A DNA stretch of 64,000 nucleotides from a bacterium (GCA_018814885.1 JAHIYU010000026.1:30079-94078); one strand, 5' to 3'. Numbered from the stretch's first letter, positions 19,456-29,174 are shown. Translations and numbers: made by a program. The notes: generated from the sequence alone by a model not told the origin.

Positions 19456-22400
19456 TCAGGAGTTGTCGAGGCCGTAGACACGGACCTTCTTTAGCAGATT
19501 CGGGTAGCTGATCCCCAGCAGACGAGATGCTTCAGCCTTGTTTCCGCCCGTGTGTTCGAGGGTCCGCATGATCTCTCGGGCCTCGACCGCGCCGATGGTT
19601 TCGCGCAAGGGGGAAATCGCGCGCGCGCCATCGCCGTCGGGAAGAGATCTTGTGACCTCGGGAGGCAGATGTGATATGCGCAACATGGGCTCGCCATGGG
19701 CGAGCACGATGGCTCGGTTGATCGATTTGACCAGTTCGCGGACGTTGCCAGGCCAGTCATGCTGCGCCAGGGCCTCCATGAAGGAGGAGGTGCAGCCGGG
19801 AGTCTCGATCCTCGTTAGCGCGACATAGCGGGCTATGAAGTGCGTGGCCAGCAAAGGAATGTCATCCTGGCGGTCGCGCAGGGGGGGGACAACAACCGGG
19901 AAATCGAGCAATCTGTAGTACAGATCCTCTAGATAAGTGCCACATCCGACTTTCTCCTTCAGATCGCTCTTCGTGGCGCAGACGATCCGCACATCCACAA
20001 CGCGGCTACGATTGGACCCCACCGGCCTCACCGTATGCGTATCGATGAAGTGAAGGAGCTTGCCCTGCATGCCCAGCGGCAGTTTCCCGATTTCGTCCAG
20101 GAACACTGTGCCGCCCGCGGCCTCGGCGAGCAGACCCGTCTTGTCAGCGATAGCGCCTGTGAAACTGCCCTTCACATGTCCGAAGAGTTCGCTTTCGAGC
20201 AGCGATTCGGGGATGGCCGCGCAATTGATGGCGAGGAACTTCCGGTCCCTTCGCTCGCTGAGCCTATGGATGGCATGGGCCAGCAGCCCCTTGCCGGTCC
20301 CTGTCTCGCCTTGCAGCAGCACCGTCAACTCGCTCGCAGCTACCTTGCGAATCAGGACCAGCATTTCCCGCATCTCGGCATTGCGGGTGATGATCTGGGA
20401 GAAGGCCTCGTGCCTGTCGCTCTCATCCCAGGAGACGGCGACCGGCCTGTTGCGTTCCTCCTCCGCGAGCGACATGGCAAGATAACCAGCCGCCGCGGCC
20501 ATGTGGTCGAGTACGGGTTTCAGAGCCAGACCATCGTCTTCGTCCCTGGTGCGTGACCCCAGGCAGAGCACGCCGTAGCATTTATCCGGCACGGCCACGG
20601 GCAGGAACAGGCATGAATTGCAGTTGGATGCCAGGCCGGGCACTTCCTCCAGGACATCCTGGGCCAGATCGGTGCGCGTCAAAAGTCGGGGTGTAGGAAC
20701 TTCATCCACGCGCGTCTCCGTAAACCAGAACGCCGCCTGATGTGCCACAGGGCGTGAGAGTCCTCTGGTCACGATCCTGGCGCCACCGCCAACAGGTGCC
20801 GCCCAGGGTTCGAGGACGACAAATCCCATGTCCGCCGAGGCGCGCGACATGCACGAATCAAGGAAAGTGGCCAGGGTATCTTCGGTGATCGAGCCATTTT
20901 TCAGCGATATGACAGGCGCTACCGGAACCTTCATCTCAATGGATGGCCATGCGCCGACCAGGGCCTTTTCGATGCGAATGCGCAGATCGCCGTGCCGTGA
21001 AAGCAGATCCGGATCGTCAACGTTCTCAGCGGCGCGTTCGAACTCGCTGGCCGTCAACAACGCTTCGTCCAGGTCGCCGAGCCGCAGCAGCACCTCGGCC
21101 AACCCGGCTTGCAGGCGGCAATAGAGGAGATCGTCTGCCCGGGATTGGGCACCTTCGAGAGCATCGTGGAGACTGCGGCGCAGACGCAGCAACTGACTGC
21201 GGCCTCCGCGTTCCAGGCTGAAGTCGAGGCTGGCCAGGATGGCTCTCGATGCGAGCCGCGGCAAACGCTGAGAATTGAAAATCTTGATCGCCCCGCGGAA
21301 ATGATCGTCGGCTTGATCGTCTTCACCGAGATTGGCCAAGGCTTCGGCCAGGGCCAGATAGCAGAATCCGAGTTCGTAATCCTCTCCACAACTCTGGCAA
21401 ACAGTGATGGCAGCCCGGGCGAATTCGGCCGCCTGCAGCCAATCGCTCGCCTGGAGGCTGGCCTCGGCGCAACGGCGCAGCAATTCGCCTTCGAGATCGG
21501 TGAGCGTGTTGATGCGTTTGGTCTTCTCGAGGCCGAGGCCGTAATTGTAAAGGGCCTTCTCGCTTTCTCCGCGCTCGAGCAGCAGATCACCCATGTACTC
21601 GTCGGCAATTATCGATTCGCGCATGAAGCCGGCTTCATCGGAGATGTGCTTGCCGGTGAGGATGAGTTCCTCGGCGCGCAACAGATGGCCCTCTATGAGT
21701 TCCAGTTGACCGAGCGCCAGGCTGGCCTTGGCCTGACGGTCCATATCCCCGAGACTGACGGCAAGACGCAAGCTCTTCTCGAAGGCCGCGCGCGCCTCGC
21801 CCGGAGATTCGGCCTTGCGCAGGATGATGCCTTCGTTCAGGTGCAAGCGGGCCAGCAGGTGGGACGCGCCATGCTCGCTGGCCAAGGCGATGGAGCGGTT
21901 CTGGTACTCCATTGCCTTGTCCCAGCGACACGCGTTCTTGTGTACCAAGGCAAGGTTGTTGTAGAGGGAGGCCATACCGAGTTCATCGCTGATACGACGG
22001 AAAGTCGCCAGGGCGTCGGTGTAGAATTCCTCGGCTTTGTCGAGTCGGCCAAGCCGATGATGACAGACACCCATGGTGACCTGGAGGTTGGCCACTTCGA
22101 CGTGATCGTCGGTGACGGCCAGTACTGCGAACGCACGTTTGCATATCTGCAAGGCGTCCTTGTATGCGCCACGCTGCGTGTAGAGGGCGGCGTGGCGTCC
22201 CAGGAGCGGTGCTATCAACAGCCGTTCATCGGCCGGGTCGAGGTTCTCGACGGTCGCTATGAAGCCATCGGCATCATGCAGCAATCGCTCGGCCAAGGCG
22301 AGGTCACCCAAATTGAGCGCCGCATCTATACTCTTGCGGCAGATCTCCAGGATATGAGAGACCTCGAGCTGGTTCAGGGCCGCGGAGGCGAGGATGCGCT

Positions 22401-22557
22401 GGTAATAGTCCAGGGAAGTCGAGAAGGCCGAGGCTTCGAAGTGCAGATCACCCACTTCCTCGAGGCGCACGAGAGCGGCAAGATCCGCGGGCACGCCATG
22501 CCTCATGGATTCAGTTTCGTCTTGTCGTCGTCTTTCAAACTGGTGATCCATCGACAT
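19456..22557 (-). CDS. TPR-GAF-sigma54 AAA+-Fis HTH transcriptional activator (bEBP without receiver domain)
   Basis: ~500 aa of TPR-like helices (e.g. MGVCHHRLGRLDKAEEFYTDAL, LYNNLALVHKNACRWDKAMEYQ), a GAF-like segment, GETGTGKGLLA, ESELFGHVKGSFTGA, FLDEIG, WPGNVREL and GNKAEASRLLGISYPNL. Start 22551-22596. Confidence 0.92.
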   Translation of the reverse strand: MSMDHQFERRRQDETESMRHGVPADLAALVRLEEVGDLHFEASAFSTSLDYYQRILASAALNQLEVSHILEICRKSIDAALNLGDLALAERLLHDADGFIATVENLDPADERLLIAPLLGRHAALYTQRGAYKDALQICKRAFAVLAVTDDHVEVANLQVTMGVCHHRLGRLDKAEEFYTDALATFRRISDELGMASLYNNLALVHKNACRWDKAMEYQNRSIALASEHGASHLLARLHLNEGIILRKAESPGEARAAFEKSLRLAVSLGDMDRQAKASLALGQLELIEGHLLRAEELILTGKHISDEAGFMRESIIADEYMGDLLLERGESEKALYNYGLGLEKTKRINTLTDLEGELLRRCAEASLQASDWLQAAEFARAAITVCQSCGEDYELGFCYLALAEALANLGEDDQADDHFRGAIKIFNSQRLPRLASRAILASLDFSLERGGRSQLLRLRRSLHDALEGAQSRADDLLYCRLQAGLAEVLLRLGDLDEALLTASEFERAAENVDDPDLLSRHGDLRIRIEKALVGAWPSIEMKVPVAPVISLKNGSITEDTLATFLDSCMSRASADMGFVVLEPWAAPVGGGARIVTRGLSRPVAHQAAFWFTETRVDEVPTPRLLTRTDLAQDVLEEVPGLASNCNSCLFLPVAVPDKCYGVLCLGSRTRDEDDGLALKPVLDHMAAAAGYLAMSLAEEERNRPVAVSWDESDRHEAFSQIITRNAEMREMLVLIRKVAASELTVLLQGETGTGKGLLAHAIHRLSERRDRKFLAINCAAIPESLLESELFGHVKGSFTGAIADKTGLLAEAAGGTVFLDEIGKLPLGMQGKLLHFIDTHTVRPVGSNRSRVVDVRIVCATKSDLKEKVGCGTYLEDLYYRLLDFPVVVPPLRDRQDDIPLLATHFIARYVALTRIETPGCTSSFMEALAQHDWPGNVRELVKSINRAIVLAHGEPMLRISHLPPEVTRSLPDGDGARAISPLRETIGAVEAREIMRTLEHTGGNKAEASRLLGISYPNLLKKVRVYGLDNS

Positions 22558-22640
22558 TGTCCCCCGGCGAGAAGGCGGGCAATTCGACTCGGTCACGACT
22601 CCTGAAGGCTGGGCCTGATCCGGCGCTCAAATGGAGGCAA

Positions 22641-22970
22641 TCAGATCAGACCCTGATACAACAGCATCGTCAATAGCGCGAGCCACTGGTCAAAATCGGC
22701 TTCATTCAGATCTGGTACCCCCGCAAGGGCAGAGAGATCGAAAGTATCGCCTGTTGCACCATTGTTCCGGTTTCCGGTGATGGCGTCATCGGGATCGCCC
22801 AGGCACTCGAATTCATCACCCGGTACGACATTCTGGGGAGAGTTCGTGGCTGGTGAATCCTCTTGAAGCATGATGTCCTGAGCAGACGCTGCCGCTCTGG
22901 CGATACCGGGACCGGTCGATACCGCTGCCAGGGTCAGGAGCAGGCTTAAACTGATAAGTGCTCTTTTCAT
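22641..22970 (-). CDS. Small secreted acidic protein (109 aa), candidate signalling-peptide precursor
   Basis: SD GGAG, Sec signal MKRALISLSLLLTLAAVSTGPGIARA, acidic middle with CLGDPDD, hydrophobic end FDQWLALLTMLLYQGLI. Confidence 0.7.
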   Translation of the reverse strand: MKRALISLSLLLTLAAVSTGPGIARAAASAQDIMLQEDSPATNSPQNVVPGDEFECLGDPDDAITGNRNNGATGDTFDLSALAGVPDLNEADFDQWLALLTMLLYQGLI

Positions 22971-23077
22971 GATCCCACTCCACATTCTCGAGATCGGGGC
23001 GGCTGTTTCCCCGAAATAGGTGTTCAAGACGAACACGCAGGACGAACCGCATGTCACCTCAAGTCCTTACCCCTTAT

Positions 23078-23106
23078 ATTCTATGGGTGTTTTGGATATC
23101 TGTCAA
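23078..23106 (-). promoter_or_regulatory. Near-consensus sigma70 promoter for the small-protein/TPR-activator operon
   Basis: Minus strand TTGACA-N17-TAGAAT. Confidence 0.8.
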
Positions 23107-23121
23107 TAGACCGGGGGCTAT

Positions 23122-24483
23122 TCATTCGCCAGCCTGGGTCTGCAGCCCATATTTGCTGATCTTCTTGTACAGGTTGCTGCGTTGCATACCGAGCTGTTCG
23201 GCGGTGCGGCTGACATTGAAGCGGTTCTCGCGCAGTTTAGCCTGTAGGTACATCGATTCGGAACGAGCCTTGAACTCCTGGAAATCGGTGCAGCTCATCC
23301 AGTCCCACTCTCCAGCCCTGGTCTCGGGTCCGCTGCCTGATAGGACGGGCAGATCCTTCGGTCTGATCAGATCGCCAGGGACGAGAATCATCAGCCTTTC
23401 CACGAGATTGCGCAGTTCGCGCACGTTACCGGGCCAGGCATAGGTGCGAAGCAGGGCGAGTGTCTCCGCCGTGAAGGTCTTCGGCTTCTTTTTGAGCTGG
23501 ACCGCCATCGCGGACATGAAATGCTCCAGCAGAAGACTCACGTCCCCTCCCCTCTCACGCAGGGGGGGCAGTTCGACGGACAGCACGTTCAAACGGAAAT
23601 ACAGGTCCTGGCGGAAATTGGCTGCGGGACCGGTGAGGTCTCGGTTGGTTGCGGCCACGATCCGTACATCGACCTGACGCGCTTCGCGACCACCGACACG
23701 CTCGAAGCGGCTCTCCTCCACGGCCTTGAGCACCTTCGCCTGGGCTTCCTCGCTCATGTCGCCGATCTCGTCGAGGAACAGCGTGCCACCGTCGGCCTGT
23801 TCGAACTTTCCCACGCGCATCTTATCTGCCCCGGTAAAGCTGCCTTTCTCGTGGCCGAACAGCTCGCTCTCGACGAGTTCGCGCGGAATGGCCGCGCAAT
23901 TGACCTCTACGAGAGGCATGTCCCGACGAGGACTGCCGGCATGGAGGGCCCGTACCACCAGCTCCTTGCCCGTTCCATTCTCGCCGGTGATCAGGACGGT
24001 CGCAGCGGTAGGTGCGACGCTGTCGATGAAATCGCGGACCTCGCGGATACGCGCGCATTCTCCGATCAACGGCTTGTTGTAGCCGCTGCGATCGCGCAGA
24101 TCCTCTGTCTGCCCGCGCAGGCCGAAGTGATCGAGGCAGTTCTGGAGGGTCAGCAGCAGACGCGACCTGTCAAGCGGCTTCTCGAGAAAATCGTAGGCGC
24201 CCTTACGAACGGCCTCCACGGCGGTCTCGACGTTGCCGTGGCCGGAGACCACGATGACGGGGACCTCGAACCCGGCGTCGGTCATCCTCTCCAGGACCTC
24301 GAAACCGTCCATGTCGGCCATCTTGATGTCCAGCAGCATTACATCGATCCTCTTGTCCGCGAGGATCGCCAGGGCTGCGGCGCCATTGGCGGCCAGCTGC
24401 ACCGCGTATTGCTCGTAGGTCAGCAGCTGCTCGAGCGTCTGCCGGATCGCGGCTTCGTCGTCTACGACCAGGATCGTGCGCAA
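23122..24483 (-). CDS. NtrC/NtrX-family sigma54-dependent response regulator
   Basis: ILVVDDE, LLDIKM receiver; GENGTGKELV, ESELFGHEKGSFTGA, WPGNVRELRN; Fis HTH. Confidence 0.93.
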   Translation of the reverse strand: MRTILVVDDEAAIRQTLEQLLTYEQYAVQLAANGAAALAILADKRIDVMLLDIKMADMDGFEVLERMTDAGFEVPVIVVSGHGNVETAVEAVRKGAYDFLEKPLDRSRLLLTLQNCLDHFGLRGQTEDLRDRSGYNKPLIGECARIREVRDFIDSVAPTAATVLITGENGTGKELVVRALHAGSPRRDMPLVEVNCAAIPRELVESELFGHEKGSFTGADKMRVGKFEQADGGTLFLDEIGDMSEEAQAKVLKAVEESRFERVGGREARQVDVRIVAATNRDLTGPAANFRQDLYFRLNVLSVELPPLRERGGDVSLLLEHFMSAMAVQLKKKPKTFTAETLALLRTYAWPGNVRELRNLVERLMILVPGDLIRPKDLPVLSGSGPETRAGEWDWMSCTDFQEFKARSESMYLQAKLRENRFNVSRTAEQLGMQRSNLYKKISKYGLQTQAGE

Positions 24484-24659
24484 GAATGTCCCTCCCGGAC
24501 TTCAGAGCTTCTTGCCCCGGGATCGATGATGATATACCTCTGTGGTCACCCGGTCACACCATGGGCAGTCCATCACGCCGGTGTCAAGAGGTGATGCGCG
24601 AACGGTGCCCGGCGCCAGCCGGCCTCTTGACTGCCCGACTCCCTCAGCCCGGAGGCGCG

Positions 24660-25730
24660 ATGTACGGGGATGCGAGGCCACTCATGCGGGACGTGCCCGT
24701 CGCGGAGCTGCGGAGCCTGATGAAAGCCAGGCGCGAACCGGAGTATCGCGGCGACCAGCTGGCGCGTTGGCTGTACCGGGATGCCGTATGGCACTGGGAC
24801 GACATGCGCAATCTGCCCCGACACCTGCGCGACGGTCTCGCGGAGGATCACGATCTGCAGGGTCTGCACCCTGCCGAGCACCAAGTCTCCCGGGACGGGA
24901 CACGCAAGTACCTCTACACTCTGCGCGACGACCACCGGATCGAGAGCGTGATCATCCCCATGGAGTCGCACGCCACCTTCTGCATCTCCTCGCAGGTGGG
25001 CTGCGGCATGGCGTGCAGCTTCTGCGCCACGGCGCGCGGTGGTCTCGTCCGCAACCTGAGCTCCGGCGAGATCATCGAACAGGTCCTGCGCCTCGCCGAC
25101 GACCTGCGAACCGAGCCCCGGCAAGTGCTCGGCGACCGTGGCTACAACATCGTTTTCATGGGTATGGGCGAGCCTCTGGACAACCTGGACGCCGTCGAAT
25201 CTGCCATCGCGACCTTCGTGAACGGACAAGGACTGGCCATGTCTCCCCGGCGGATAACCATCTCCACCTCCGGCCACGTCGAGGGACTGATGCGCCTCAT
25301 CTCGTCGGCGATGACCGTCGGTCTGACGATATCGGTGAACAGCAGCCGACCGGAGCTGAGGCGCAGATTGATGCCCGTACCCGGGCGCACGCCGCTGGCC
25401 GAGACCCTGGAACTCGCCGAACGATACGCCCAGACGAGGCACCGCAGGGTGACCATCGCCTATGTGCTCATGGATGGCATCAACGATGGCGACGGCGAAG
25501 CGTCGGCCCTGGCGCGAATCCTGGCGGGGCGGCCTTTCAAGGTCAATCTCATCCCCATGAACCGCATCGACGGGAAGCAGGGGCCGCCACCGGCCGAGCG
25601 AGTCCTCGGTTTCCAGGCCAGACTACGCGATGAAGGTGTGGAGGCATACGTGAGGATCAGCGGTGGAGACGACATCGCGGCCGCCTGCGGTCAGCTGCGT
25701 GACAAGCGCGGCCACGAAAAGAAACTCTGA
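24660..25730 (+). CDS. rlmN: Dual-specificity rRNA/tRNA methyltransferase RlmN (radical SAM)
   Basis: SRDGTRKYL, CISSQVGCGMACSFCATA, FMGMGEP, VNLIPMN, DIAAACGQL. SD GGAGG before ATG 24660. Confidence 0.94.
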   Translation: MYGDARPLMRDVPVAELRSLMKARREPEYRGDQLARWLYRDAVWHWDDMRNLPRHLRDGLAEDHDLQGLHPAEHQVSRDGTRKYLYTLRDDHRIESVIIPMESHATFCISSQVGCGMACSFCATARGGLVRNLSSGEIIEQVLRLADDLRTEPRQVLGDRGYNIVFMGMGEPLDNLDAVESAIATFVNGQGLAMSPRRITISTSGHVEGLMRLISSAMTVGLTISVNSSRPELRRRLMPVPGRTPLAETLELAERYAQTRHRRVTIAYVLMDGINDGDGEASALARILAGRPFKVNLIPMNRIDGKQGPPPAERVLGFQARLRDEGVEAYVRISGGDDIAAACGQLRDKRGHEKKL

Positions 25731-25764
25731 TTCGGCAAGGCCAGGCCCGATCATCTGACGGCGC

Positions 25765-26163
25765 CTAGATCAGATCCTGCAGGGTGGTCTCCTCGAGGGC
25801 CTTCGTCATGGAGGCCTGGGCGGTTGCCCATACCTTGCTCACCTTGCATTCGCTGGTTCGGTCGCAGGTATTGATTTTGCGCAGGCAGTGGTTCAAGGCG
25901 ATACCGCCTTCACAGATCTCGACGATCTCGCGCAAGGAGATCTTGTCCTTATCCCGGCCAAGCGAAAAGCCGCCCTTAACGCCTCGGTGGGATTTGACGA
26001 CATTGTGTTGCGAGAGCATCTGAAAGATCTTGGCCAGGAACGCTTCCGACACGTCGCAGGCTTCGGCAAGCGTCTTCAAGCGGATGGGAGTGCCGTTTCC
26101 CCTTTCCGCAAGTTCCAGCAGGCCCCTGATGGCATACTCAGTCTGGCGCGTGATCTGCAACAT
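25765..26163 (-). CDS. Rrf2 family transcriptional regulator with Cys ligands
   Basis: QTEYAIRGL, FLAKIFQML, VKSHRGVKGGFSL, CLRKINTCDRTSEC. Confidence 0.9.
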   Translation of the reverse strand: MLQITRQTEYAIRGLLELAERGNGTPIRLKTLAEACDVSEAFLAKIFQMLSQHNVVKSHRGVKGGFSLGRDKDKISLREIVEICEGGIALNHCLRKINTCDRTSECKVSKVWATAQASMTKALEETTLQDLI

Positions 26164-26274
26164 GGCGTGACTACCTCTCTGTACTGCTCTATTACCCGCC
26201 CCTGGTGCCGAACCTGCACAATCAGGACGGGATAACTCCTTGTGAAGTAAATGATGTGAATCGGGATCTGAAAT

Positions 26275-26296
26275 GTCAATCCTCAACTGGATTGAC
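26275..26296. promoter_or_regulatory. Palindromic operator candidate between rrf2 and fadD
   Basis: GTCAATCC-N6-GGATTGAC perfect inverted repeat overlapping a TTGACA -35 that points to rrf2. Confidence 0.55.
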
Positions 26297-26447
26297 GTTG
26301 ACATCAAACCCGCGCTGCTGATAAGGGTTAGTAATCGTTTACGTTGGCAGCCGTCGTACCGGGCTCGCCGGCTCCGACACTGGAACCGGCGTTTTCATGG
26401 CATGGAGCCCGGCCCCGGCTCGTATCATCCCGGCCCCAGGAGTTGTT

Positions 26448-28244
26448 ATGACAGTCACGACGATTCCCCAGCTGTTCTATGCTTCGGTTAAGGAGAGGCC
26501 CCGCGCGGACCTGTTCTCGTCGAAGGACGCAGAGGGCGTGTATCGGGACGTATCCAGCGCCGAGACGCAGCGACTCGTACGGGCCATCCGTCTGGGCCTG
26601 GATTCCCTGGGTGTGGGCCGCGGTGACCGGGTGGCGATACTCTCGGAGAACCGGCTCGAATGGGCCCTGGCAGATCTGGCCGCGCTGAGTCTGGGCGCGG
26701 TGGATGTCCCCATCTACCCGACGCTGCTGCCGGACACCATCGAGTTCATCCTCAAGGACTGCGCGCCGGTGGCCGTCTTCGTCTCCAACGCGGAACAGGC
26801 CGCCAAGATCGCCGCGATTCGCGGCCGACTGCCTTTCTTGCGCGAGATGATCTCGTTCGACCACGTGCAGTTTCCCGACGTCCTGCATCTCGACAAGCTG
26901 ATCAAGATCGGACATAACCTGGCCGACAAACACCCGCAGAACCCGGCCGACGATGTGGGCCCGGCGGACAGGGACGATCCCTGCAGCATCATCTATACCA
27001 GCGGCACCACGGGAAACCCCAAGGGCGTGGTGCTGACCCACTGGAATTTCGTCTCCAACGTGCTGACGATCGCGTCCATAATCCCGCTCGGCCCCGACGA
27101 CAAGATGCTCTCGTTTTTGCCGCTGTCCCACGTGTTCGAACGGATGGCGGGGTACTATACCCCCCTGCATATCGGGATCGGCATAGCCTATGCGGAGAGC
27201 GTGGAGACGGTGGCGGCGGACATGGGACTTGTGCGGCCCACGCTCATGGTGAGCGTGCCTCGCCTCTACGAGAAGATCTACGACCGCGTCACCACGACAG
27301 CCATGTCCGGCAGTCCCGTCAAGCGAGCGATCTTCCAGTGGGCACGGAAGGTCGGACAGGAATGGGGCGAGAAGAAACGCGCCGGCGCCAAGATCCCCGG
27401 CGGGCTCGCCCTGCAGTATCGCATCGTCGACAAGCTGGTCTTCGCCAAGCTGCGGGCCCGCACCGGCGGCCGGCTCCGGTTCTTCGTCTCCGGCGGCGCG
27501 CCCCTGGCCACGCATATCAACGAGTTCTTCTACGCGGCGGGCATGATGATCCTGGAGGGGTACGGCCTCACGGAAACCTCGCCAGTCGTCTCTTGCAACT
27601 CCTTCGAGGATTTCAGGATCGGCAGCGTCGGCAAGGTGATACCGGACACGGAGGTCAAGATCGCCCCGGACGGCGAGATCGTCGTGCGGGGGCCCCAGGT
27701 CATGTCGGGATACTACAACAACGAGGAGGCCACGCGTGAGGTCCTGACCGAGGACGGCTGGTTCCACACCGGCGACATCGGACATTTCGACGACGATGGA
27801 TTCCTGTACATCACGGACCGCAAGAAGGACCTCATCGTCACCTCGGGGGGCAAGAACATCGCTCCGCAACCGATGGAAAACGCCTTCAAGAAGAACAAGT
27901 TCATCAGCCAGATCGTGGTGCTCGGCGACCGCCACGCCTATCTGGTGTGCCTGATCGTCCCCAATTTCGAGAACCTCGAAGCATGGGCCAGCGAGCGCAA
28001 GCTGAGCTGGACGGATCGGGACGATCTGCTCCGCAATCCCGAGATCACGGCCAAGTACCAGCGCGGCCTGGACCGGACCAATCGCAAGTTCCCGAGCTTC
28101 AGCACCGTGAAGAAATTCACCCTGCTGAAGGAGGAATTCACGCTCGAGAGCGGCGAGTTGACACCCACCCTCAAGGTGAAACGCAGGGCGATACAGGAAC
28201 GGTACGGGGAACTGATCGAGTCGCTCTACACCGAGGAGTCCTGA
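26448..28244 (+). CDS. Long-chain fatty acid--CoA ligase
   Basis: IIYTSGTTGNPKGV AMP-binding motif, EGYGLTE, WFHTGDIG, ITDRKKDLIVTSGGKNIAP. Confidence 0.93.
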   Translation: MTVTTIPQLFYASVKERPRADLFSSKDAEGVYRDVSSAETQRLVRAIRLGLDSLGVGRGDRVAILSENRLEWALADLAALSLGAVDVPIYPTLLPDTIEFILKDCAPVAVFVSNAEQAAKIAAIRGRLPFLREMISFDHVQFPDVLHLDKLIKIGHNLADKHPQNPADDVGPADRDDPCSIIYTSGTTGNPKGVVLTHWNFVSNVLTIASIIPLGPDDKMLSFLPLSHVFERMAGYYTPLHIGIGIAYAESVETVAADMGLVRPTLMVSVPRLYEKIYDRVTTTAMSGSPVKRAIFQWARKVGQEWGEKKRAGAKIPGGLALQYRIVDKLVFAKLRARTGGRLRFFVSGGAPLATHINEFFYAAGMMILEGYGLTETSPVVSCNSFEDFRIGSVGKVIPDTEVKIAPDGEIVVRGPQVMSGYYNNEEATREVLTEDGWFHTGDIGHFDDDGFLYITDRKKDLIVTSGGKNIAPQPMENAFKKNKFISQIVVLGDRHAYLVCLIVPNFENLEAWASERKLSWTDRDDLLRNPEITAKYQRGLDRTNRKFPSFSTVKKFTLLKEEFTLESGELTPTLKVKRRAIQERYGELIESLYTEES

Positions 28245-28250
28245 ACGTCC

Positions 28251-29174
28251 GTGACTAGAGAATCATCCGGCGACGCCGATCGCAGCCATGTCCTGCTGCG
28301 TCCGATGGTCTGCACCGTCGTGGGCATGGCGGGCAACCTGCTGCTGACCGTGGGCAAGTTCATCATCGGGTTCGTGGCCAACTCCGCGTCGCTGGTCGCG
28401 GACGGCGCCCACTCGTTCTCAGACCTCGCCAGCGACGTCGGCGTCGTCATCGCGCTGAAGGCGGGGGCGCGCCCTCCCGACCGCAACCACCCCTACGGCC
28501 ATCACAACTACGAGACGCTCGGCGCCCTGGCGGCCTCCCTGTTGCTGCTGGTGACGGGCTTCGTGCTGGGCAAGGAAGCCGTGGAGAATCTCCTGGCAGG
28601 CGTGTCCACCACGCCGCGCTGGGGCGCGCTTATCGCCGCGATCGTCTCGATCATCGCCAAGGAGGCCATGGCCCGTTACACGGACCGTGCCGGCCGCATC
28701 CACAACTCGCCTGCCCTGATCACCAACGCCGTGCACCACAGATCGGACGCCCTGTCGTCTCTGGCCGCGGCCATCGGCATCACGGGCGCCCGTTGCGGCG
28801 CACCGTTTCTGGACAGCGTGGCCGCCCTGGTCATCGCCGTCTGGATCGTCTGGATCGGCTGGCAGCTGATGAAGAACAACACGGACATCCTGATGGAGAC
28901 CCGTCCCGGCGACGAGTTCGTGTCGCAGGTACACGATGTCGCTCTCTCCGTCGAGGGCGTGGAGGCGGTGACGTTCCTGGTCGTCAGACCGAGAGGTTCG
29001 GTCTATCTGGCAGATATCGCCATCGCCGTCCGCCCCGACATGAGCGTGTCCGAAGGCCACGGCCTGGCCCACGCCGTGGAGGACGCGCTCAGGGAGGACG
29101 TCGTGCGCCTGATCGGCGTGACAGTCCACGTGGAGCCCCACACCGCGAGAGGGACTATTGCGGACGGTTCCTGA
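28251..29174 (+). CDS. Cation diffusion facilitator family transporter
   Basis: ADGAHSFSD, HPYGH, HHRSD, TM helices and a C-terminal dimerisation domain ending VHVEP. Confidence 0.92.
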   Translation: MTRESSGDADRSHVLLRPMVCTVVGMAGNLLLTVGKFIIGFVANSASLVADGAHSFSDLASDVGVVIALKAGARPPDRNHPYGHHNYETLGALAASLLLLVTGFVLGKEAVENLLAGVSTTPRWGALIAAIVSIIAKEAMARYTDRAGRIHNSPALITNAVHHRSDALSSLAAAIGITGARCGAPFLDSVAALVIAVWIVWIGWQLMKNNTDILMETRPGDEFVSQVHDVALSVEGVEAVTFLVVRPRGSVYLADIAIAVRPDMSVSEGHGLAHAVEDALREDVVRLIGVTVHVEPHTARGTIADGS

